A stretch of DNA of 64,000 nucleotides. Origin: Vicugna vicugna (taxonomy: Eukaryota). The translations under genes and the position numbers were made by a program. Of this stretch, positions 53,081 through 61,619 are shown piece by piece; positions within the stretch are counted from its first letter, which is position 1; the number at the start of each line of letters is the position of its first letter. The notes under the pieces are model-generated. The model saw nothing but the letters and a program-made list of their open reading frames with translations, ran no database searches and had not been told where the DNA came from. The stretch is taken from positions 6,669,741 through 6,733,740 of the forward strand of contig MU058636.1 in assembly GCA_013265495.1 (NCBI GenBank), written 5' to 3'.

Positions 53081-53477
53081 TTTGAACTTATCTTTGCAGT
53101 TGAATTGGTATATCCTCTTTGTTCCTTTCTTCTTCCTTTTGTGGTTTGGTAATTTTCCTTTGTATTATCATGGATTTTATTTAATTTTTGTGACTCCCTT
53201 GTAAATTTTTGACTTGTGGTTACCCTTTTTTGTAAATCTATTAACCTATACCCGTTTTTAATAAACTGATAATAACATGATCTCAAACCCATCCTACTGT
53301 TAAAAAAATTTAAAAAAGAAAGAAAAAAAATTCTATATTTCCCTGCCTCCCTCTCCCACTCTCAGTGATTTGTATGTCTTCTTTTATAATTTCGTGTTTT
53401 CTTTATTTGTAATTCATGAGTTATCACCTTTCCAGTTGTACGTTTCTCATTTCTGTAGCATCCTGCTGCTTTTCTAT

Positions 53478-54380
53478 TTAGAATAGCCCTTTCAATATTT
53501 CTTTTAGCATGGGTTTAGTGTTGCTAAACTCCTGCAGCTTTTTTTTGTCTGTGAAACTCTTTATTTCTCCTTCTATCCTAAAGGATAGCCTTGCTGGATA
53601 AAGTATCCTAGGCTGCATCTTTTTTTCATTCAGGGCTTTGAATATATCTTGCCACTCCCTTCTGGCCTGTAGTGTTTGTGTAGAGAAATCAGCTGAGAGC
53701 CTTATGGGGGTTCCCTTGTAGTTCACTCTTTGCTTTTCTCTTGCTGCCTTTAGAATCATTTCTTTATCCTTGACTCTGGCCATCTTGATTATGATATGTC
53801 TTGGTGTGGGTCTATTTGGGTTCTTCCTGTTTGGGACCCTCTGAGCTTCCTGTACTTGGATATCTGATTCCTTCTTTAAGTTTGGGAAGTTTTCAGTCAT
53901 GATTTCTTCAAAAACCTTTTCAATCCCCTTTGATCCTTCTTCCCCTTCTGGGACCCCTATTATGCGAAGATTGGGACGCTTTATATTATCCCATAGGTCC
54001 CTTATGCTATTATCATTATTTTTTATTTGCTTATCTTGTAGTTCTTCTGAATGGGTGCTTTCTGTTGCCCTGTCTTCTAGATCACTAATTCGTTCCTCTG
54101 CATTAACTAGTCGGCTTTGCACAGCTGTTAGATCATTCCTCATCTCTGTCAATGAGTTTTCCCATTTTGCTTGGCTCTTCTTTATAGCTTCAATTTCATT
54201 TTTGACATATTTTATTTCTCTAAGCATTATCTCTTTTAATTCCTTCAGCAATTTGATCACTCCTTTTTTGAAATCTTGATCTAGTAGGCTATCGATGTCT
54301 ATTTCATTGAGCTTTCTTTCAGGGGATTCCTCTTGTTCTTTTAATTGGGAAAGGTTTCTCTGCTTCTTCATCTTGCTCAT
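53478..54380 (-). CDS. L1 ORF1p (coiled coil, RRM, CTD), 300 aa
   Basis: Heptad-rich N-half; RPNLRIIGVPE, TPRHIIIK, AREK, IRLSADFS, ARREW and YPARLSF motifs; uninterrupted. Confidence 0.97.
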   Translation of the reverse strand: MSKMKKQRNLSQLKEQEESPERKLNEIDIDSLLDQDFKKGVIKLLKELKEIMLREIKYVKNEIEAIKKSQAKWENSLTEMRNDLTAVQSRLVNAEERISDLEDRATESTHSEELQDKQIKNNDNSIRDLWDNIKRPNLRIIGVPEGEEGSKGIEKVFEEIMTENFPNLKKESDIQVQEAQRVPNRKNPNRPTPRHIIIKMARVKDKEMILKAAREKQRVNYKGTPIRLSADFSTQTLQARREWQDIFKALNEKKMQPRILYPARLSFRIEGEIKSFTDKKKLQEFSNTKPMLKEILKGLF

Positions 54381-54475
54381 ACCTCTCTGGCACTGTGGTT
54401 TATGGAGTATCAGTTGTCTATTTTGGATCTTAAGGATTTTATCTATCTAATGCCTATTTAGGAATAGAACTTAGG

Positions 54476-54507
<32 letters not shown>

Positions 54508-56097
54508 GAATAAGAGAGAGAGAAAGATTTTTAAAAGAAGGGAGAAAGAGGGTTTGAAAACAATGTATAATGAATAATAGAAGAGCGGGTTGAAGCAGAG
54601 TATTAATCGGGTGGAGAAGTCCTTTTAAAACCTTAAAAAAAAAAAGGGGGGGGGGGAGATGAATATATGTGTTTGAAGCCTGTGTCTAATCAATAACAGG
54701 ACATCAAAACCCAAGAGAAATAGAAATGAATTAAGAAGTAAAAATTAAGAGAGTAATTGAAAATAGAACAGGTAAAAACAGATTTAAAAAAAAAACAAAA
54801 AAAAACCAAAAAACAAAACAAAAAGGGGTTGTCGGTGTTCTTCTGGAGTCTGTGTGCTTTTAATGTGAAGTCCTTCTGTCTTTGTCCTGTTTTGGAAGCT
54901 CAGCTTGTTTTCAGAGGCCCTCCGTTGGCGCCCTCTTCTGTGCTGCTCCCAGCACTTGTCGGCAAGCAGATCGCGCCTCCTCCTAACACGGGGTCAGGTG
55001 CAGCTCTCCTCTGCTGCGGGCGGGCGGGTCACTGCCCCTCCGGATGCCGCAGTCAGATGTTGCAGACTGGCCAGGCAGGAGGGCGGGTCGTGCCTCCTCC
55101 CAGCACCTCGGTCAGGGGCTGTGTTCCTGCCCGACAGGCGGGGGGCCGCTCTCCCTCTGCCAGCGCTGCCCGTAGCTCCGCTGCTCTGTGCGGTTATGCG
55201 CTCCGCCCTGGTCGGCGCTCCGCGCGGGTTGGCTTGGGGAAGACTGAGGGGCAGCCTCATCCCTGCTCCGAGCCAAGACCAAGCTCCTTGTTTGTCTTTG
55301 TGGAGCAAGTTCTCTGAGGGACCAGGATGGAAGGATCCTATCTGCCCTGGGCTGTAGGCCCGTCTCAGTCTGGCCCTTGAGGCTGCTGAGCCCTTCCGTG
55401 TGGATGCAGGTTTCGCCCCCTCCCCCGCCTGGGTGCTCAGCACCGGAGAATATGGCGGCTGTGCTTGGGCCCCGCCTCTCTTCCCCTGAAAAGTTTCCAA
55501 GGGTTTTCAGAGATGGGGGTATGCACCCTTCCCCCGAGAGCACATCAACCTTGCTGTTTTATGGAGGGCCCAGGTTGTTCTGTCCTGTACATCCACAGCC
55601 ACGGCGCCCAGCCCCTTGCAGTCCCCTGGAGCCGTCCCCGCGCAGCCACCCCCGGCCTCCGCCCGGCTTGTGCAGCCCGGCCCCGCCTGCCACTGCTGGC
55701 CTGCATCTCAGGCTGGGTGTCAGGGGGACACCCGGCGCCCGCCTAACTTAGTTCTGTCAGACAAGGGCTGCTCTGTACAGATCCGAGCCTCGGAGGCTCC
55801 CCCTCCGTCCCGCCGGCCTCCCAGCCGGAGAGGGGAGACCCAGCGAGCGAGCGCCAGTCCTCCTCCGCCGCTCCCTCTCCGTTGGACCTGTCCCGCGCTG
55901 CTTTGCCTTCTGTTCTCTCCTCCCTCCCTCTCTCCCACCAGACTTCTGGTGTCTTTGTCTTTCGAAGAGGGCGATGTTCTGTCTGAGCTCTGCAGGCGCT
56001 CTGGTTGGCGGAGTGGGTCTGTAGATGTGGGTCTTGGTGTATTTGTGGGAGAGGGTGACCCACGAGCGTCCTTCTACTCCACCATCTTGCCTCTTCC
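54381..56097 (-). promoter_or_regulatory. L1 5'UTR / internal promoter; CpG-rich part about 54900-56097
   Basis: Sharp GC/CpG enrichment in an AT-rich intron; 5' end GGAAGAGGCAAGATGGTGG with a YY1-like motif at the canonical position. Confidence 0.9.
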
Positions 56098-56114
56098 CAG
56101 ATGAATTAGTTTTT
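56098..56114. repeat. Target-site duplication of the full-length L1 (right copy)
   Basis: CAGATGAATTAGTTTTT followed by AA. Confidence 0.95.
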
Positions 56115-57424
56115 AATGGGCAGCATACCTGGCTAGGGAAATACATGAGTTTTGTTGAAATCATATCAGGAATTGTGATATCCCAAGCTGTTTGGAACTA
56201 CAGTGTTTATAATTCTGAAGAAGTACATGTCTTTCATTTGTTTTTAAACTTAGTTTTTAAATAATTAGTGTGAAATTTGTGTTATGGAAATTTAGGAGTA
56301 CTAAACACTAAAAATGTTTCTTCTTTTGCCTTTGTATTTTTGCATTAATATTTCTGTTTTAATTTTTCTGTTCTATGTAATTGGACATGTGACTGTTTGA
56401 ATTTACTCTTAATTAAAAGATATTTCTGGTCCCAGTGATTTTAATAACCATAATAATACTGAATGACAAAAGTGCTATCATTTTTATGTCAGTGGAACAG
56501 TACTTGCTACCATCTTTTGCCCATATCATTTCATTTGTTTTACTATTCCTAGAAATGAATGTGTGCTTACATAGCTAGTTTTTCTTTCATTGGTCCTTTT
56601 GTTGGGTTTGAGTCCTAGTTCCGCCACGTGTTTGTTGACTGTACGTTGAGAGTGTTTCTGTAATTCAGATTTTTGGGTTAATATGCAACTTGCCTTCCTT
56701 TCATATTTCTTTGCTTTGTTCCATAGTAATATTTGAAGTGGCTTTCTTCAAGCACTAACAATGAAATTAAAATGAAAAGCCAATGAAATATAAATAAAGG
56801 TAGAAAATCAAGAAAATACAGATATGCAAACCATAAATACACTATGACTGCTATAGTGAAATTTCAGAATTGATGGGAGCTTTTTGGCAACAAAAAGGAA
56901 AAAAGGTTAAACATAAACAGTTACAATATTTTCCCCATTCAGAAAGGAGCAAAAATTGTCCTGAACCACTTTGCAAACTTAGTTATTTGTCATATAGCTT
57001 TCTTATCATGTTCTTTTGTACTACCAGTGAAAGTGAGTAGTAACCCTGTGTCACTGTGTTCTGTACAGAAGTACTCACGTGATAAAGAATCTATCCCTTG
57101 CATCCTAACATGGACAATAGAGTACCTTTGTCAGAGTCAGATCTTTTAAAAGAAAATACCTATAAATTTGAGTCATCACATGAAAAACTATTTTTCTCAG
57201 TTTTGAAAGTTCCCAGCCTATAGGCATAGGCCACTGGGCCCCTTTTGTTAATGGAGGTTGATTGTATCCATTGGTGCATGTGCATTTTCTCAACTTTTAA
57301 ATATTAAAGAGTGCAGTTACTATCAGGACAGGTGTCTGCAAAAAAATTTTGACATTAAAAAGTTAATTTCTGGAAATTCAGAGAGTGTAGGAAAGGTAAA
57401 GAAGATGCAAATGAAAATCAGATT

Positions 57425-58585
57425 ATTTTTCAGTTATACATGAACATATATATATTCATTGTCACATTTTTTTCTCTGTGAGCTACCATAAGATCTTGTA
57501 TATATTTCCCTGTGCTATACAGTATAATCTTGTTTATCTGTTCTGCATTTTGAAATCCCAGTCTATCCCTTCCCACCCCCCGCCCCCTTGGCAATCAGAA
57601 GTTTGTGTTCTATGTCTATGAGTCTGTTTCTGTTTTGTATTTGTTTTTTTAGATTCCACATATGAGCAATCTCATATGGTATTTTTCTTTCTCTTTCTGG
57701 CTTACTTCGCTTAGAATGACATTCTCCAGGAATATCCATGTTGCTGCAAATGGCGTTATGTTGTCAGTTTTTATGGCTGATATTAATATATCTTCTTTAT
57801 CCAGTCATCTGTTGATGGACATTTAGGCTATTTCCATGTCTTGGCTATTGTAAATAGTGCTGCTATGCATATTGGGGTGCTGGTGTCACTTTGAAGTAGG
57901 GTTCCTTCTGGATATTTGCCCAGGAGCGGGATTCCTAGGTCATATGGTAAGTCTATTCCTAGTCTTTTGAGGAATCTCCATACTGTTTTCCACAGTCGCT
58001 GTACCTAACTGCATTCCCACCAACAGTGTGGGAGGGTTCCCTTTATTCCACAGCCTCTCCAGCATTTGTCATTTGTGGATTTTTGAATGATGGCCATTCT
58101 AACTGATGTGAAGTGATACCTCATTGTAGTTTTGATTTGCATTTCTCTGATAATTAGTGATATTGAACACTTTTTCACGTGCCTATTGATCATTTGTGTT
58201 TCTTCCTTGGAGAATTGCTTGTTTAGGTCTTCTGCCCATTTTTGGATTGGGTTGTTTGTTTTTTTCTTATTAAGTCGTATGAGCTACTTATATATTCTGG
58301 AGATCAAGCTTTTGTTGGTTTCGTTTGCAAAAATTTTCTCCCATTCCGTAGGTTGTCTTTTTGTTTTACTTCTGGTTTCCTTTGCTGTGCAGAAGCTTGT
58401 AAGAGTCCCATTTGTCTTGCTTTTATTTCTATTGCTTGGGTAGACTGTTCTAGGAGAACATTTTTGAGATGTATGTCAGATAATGTTTTGCCTGTATTTT
58501 CTTCTAGGAGGTTTCTTATATCTTGTGTTATATTTAAGTCTTTGATCCATTTTGAGTTTATTTTTGTGTGTAGTGTAAGGGAGTG
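57425..58585 (-). mobile_element. 5'- and 3'-truncated L1 of the same lineage as the full-length copy, more decayed
   Basis: Aligns by eye to about 49030-50230; ORF fragments [21 protein letters not shown] and [24 protein letters not shown]; small internal deletions. Confidence 0.93.
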
Positions 58586-59253
58586 AAGAGCCTCATTTTT
58601 AATTTGTAAGAAAAGTTTACAGCATGATTTTTTTTTCAAAAAAAGATCAACAAACTGCAACATCTATTAATAAAGGTCTTTAAAGAAACCCTGTAGATTC
58701 TGAAAGTATTTTTTAAAAATTTAGAAATAAGGAACATTTTGAGTTATAGAATATAGGTATAAGTACTTATAAGGTGACTCTTTTGCAAAGTACACCACTC
58801 ATTTGATCATCTTTGTTTAGCTATATATGCCTTAGACTATCAGGCATACTACTTTATAGCTATACTATGTTTAAAATACTAGAATTTCAGTGGATGACAA
58901 GAAAAGTGTTCTAGTTTTCTAATGTTCTGGTTTCCTTCCCCCAGTGCAATGCCCTCAGCAAGCTTTATTACCCATATTTAAATAAAGTTTTTACCCAGTG
59001 GACTTAAAATGGGTAATTCCTATCTTCCTACCAGGTTTTTAATCCAGTTAAGTTACATTTTGTAAATAATAACAACTTTCTCTTCTATCAACTAAGAACA
59101 ATAATGCTGCCTAGTGACCACTGAGGGGAAATAATATAGTCTAATGCTGTTCCCTCATTAGTCAAAGATCTCCAGTTACTATTTTTAAAGTGTCATTTAT
59201 AAATTCATGGATTTAAATGTATTTGAGGTGTTTCAGGCTATATAAGTTAAGTT

Positions 59254-59289
59254 NNNNNNNNNNNNNNNNNNNNNNNNNNNNNNNNNNNN
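59254..59289. other. Assembly gap (36 N)
   Basis: Run of n characters. Confidence 1.
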
Positions 59290-59365
59290 AAATTACTCCA
59301 ACTCTGGAAAATGGGTATCTCTTCTGGTTGGTCCCTTAGTCCATTTGACATGACCTTGTATCTTT

Positions 59366-59627
59366 TTTTTTAACAATTTTTTTTTTGTTGAGTTATAGTA
59401 ATTTTACAATGTTGTGTCAAGTTCCAGTGTAGAGCACAATTTTTCAGTTATAGATGAACATACATATATTCATTGTCACATTTTTTTTCGCTGTGAGCTA
59501 CCATAAGATCTTGTATATATTTCCCTGTGCTATACAGTATAATCTTGTTTATCTATTCTACATTTTGAAATCCCAGTCTATACCTTCCCACCCCCCACCC
59601 CCTTGGCAACCACAAGTTTGTATTCTG
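59366..59627 (-). mobile_element. Short 5'-truncated L1 (3'UTR only)
   Basis: Homologous to 48963-49215; 20-bp TSD TGAC(A/G)TGACCTT(G/A)TATCTTT at 59346-59365 and 59628-59647. Confidence 0.92.
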
Positions 59628-59997
59628 TGACGTGACCTTATATCTTTGATAGCTTCCTTGCTAGTTCCTATGACGCTGTTTCTGGCTCATCCTGAACATT
59701 TTGTTGTTTCAGTCCTGAAATTAGCCATTACTTCAAGAATCCCTAGTTTTTATTAGTGGGGAATTTAGGTCTTGTGTTTCATCTTGACCTCGTCTTTGTT
59801 AAATCTGTATCTCCTTTCTTCCCCTTTGAGAATTCTTATTGGCAAGTAAACAGATGATGTTAGAAAAGCCCGTAATTACACATATAACAGTCTAAGAACA
59901 GCAATACCAATATACCCTACTGGTGTAATTACTGAAAAAAGTTAATTTGTTCTGCATATGCTCTCTCTATTCTCTTTGCCATTTTGAATTTTTGAGG

Positions 59998-60379
59998 TAT
60001 ATTGTGAGCTGAATTATATACCCCCAAAATTCATGTGTTAGAATTCTCACTCCCAGTTAACTCCAGAGTGTGACTATATTTGGAGATAAGGTCCTTAAAG
60101 AGGTAAAGTTAAGTCATTAGGGTGGATCCAAACACAATATGAATGTATGCTTATAAGGAGAGGATATTAGAACACAGGCAGGCACAGAAGACCACGTGAA
60201 GATACAGGGAGAAGGGGTCGGTCATTTACAATCCAAGGAGAGAGGCTTCAGAAGAATTCAGCCCTGCCGATACTTTGACCTTGTATTCTAGCATTCAGAA
60301 TTTTAAGAAAATAGATTTTTGTTGTTTAAGCTACTCAGGCTCTGGTACTTTCTTATGGCAGCCCTAGCAAACGAATACA
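59998..60379 (+). mobile_element. MaLR solo LTR (MLT1 family)
   Basis: GCTGAATT...CCCCCAAAATTCATGTGTT...TGTGACTATATTTGGAGATAAGG...GGCAGCCCTAGCAAACGAATACA. Confidence 0.85.
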
Positions 60380-61619
60380 AGGGATTAGCTACATTGTGAG
60401 TGCACATAGTTATTGCATATTATTCTTTCATCTTTTAAGTCTTATTTAGTCATAGTTCTGTAAGTACCTGTATTTTTAAGGGTCATCACATTCCTTATAT
60501 TGATGTGTTTTGGGTATCTGAAGCCCATTCCTCAGGAAGAACTCATGGAATAATATTTTTTGAGACGTGTAATCAGTATTGGTTTATTGAGGGCCATTTT
60601 GTTTGATAGCCATTTGCTAGGCTATAAAATCCTTGAGGAACCTTTCTACATCTCAGATATGTTACTAATTTTCTTCTGGCTTAAAGTGTTTTTGTTGAAA
60701 GTCTGATGACAGTCTAATATCCTTTCTGTTGTAAAGCTCCTGCTATTTTTGCCTACATGTTCAAAGGATTTTTTTTTCCTTTTTTGTTTAAATGTTGCAG
60801 ATTTGCTTGATTATATCTTGGTTATTCTGAGTTGATTTCAGTTAAGTGGTATGGGCTTTTTAATATGCAGTCTTTTATCTTTTTATATTTTAAGAAATTT
60901 TTTATATTGTTTATAATTTTTTTGTATATTTCTGCTTTAGTTTTCTTCAGAGACTTTACTATACATGTTTGATTTATTTTGCTTATCTTTAATGTTTATC
61001 ACTTTCTCTTGAATTTTCATCTCCTTTATTTCTTTCTCATTTTTAAACTTAAAAATAAAATGAAACTTACAGAAAAATTACAAGCATAGGACTAAGCAAT
61101 TTTTCCCCCTGACATGATGTCCTGTCATTACTGAATATTCTGTTTGTACAAACAAGAACATTTCTTTACATAATTATTAACATCAGTGTATTACCACCAT
61201 CTAATTCTCAACCCCATTAAAATTGTGCCAGTTGTCCCATAATGTCCTCTATAGGAAAATGATCTAGTTCACAGCATTTACATTATAATATGTCTTTAGT
61301 CTGCTCAGTAGAACAGTTTCTCAGTTTTTCCTTTATTTTCCATATGGATGGCTTTTTCACCTGAGGCAGGCTGTGGCATTATTTGCTAGCCACCTCTCAC
61401 CCCCTCACAGATGCCTTCTTAATCCTTCATCTGCTCCAGTTTCCACATTGGCTAGGCTCTCAAGCAGATTTCCTCACCCCGCACCACCACATCATTCTTG
61501 CTCTCCAGCCTTCTTCACCTGCTGCTGGGCAGCCCTCTTGTTTAGATGTCATGTCACCTCTCTGGGACTCTGGGACACCCCATGCCAGGTACCCTCCTAG
61601 GCAGTTGTGCTCCTATCCT

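Larger units (their letters stand above)
48963..56097 (-). mobile_element. Full-length young LINE-1 (about 7.1 kb), antisense to NBEA
   Basis: 5'UTR, ORF1, spacer, ORF2, 3'UTR, AATAAA and short A-tail; perfect 17-bp TSD; canonical TTTTT/AA endonuclease site. Confidence 0.98.

Noticed and set aside
49003..54279. + strand ORFs of 65-202 aa over the L1 body
   Set aside because: Antisense shadows of the A-rich L1 coding strand, rich in F/L/S/I, with no recognisable domain.
54757..56264. Most overlapping ORFs in the L1 5'UTR, and the CpG island as a native host promoter
   Set aside because: Stop codons are rare in GC-rich DNA and most of these ORFs lack an ATG start; the island lies wholly between the TSDs, so it belongs to the L1.
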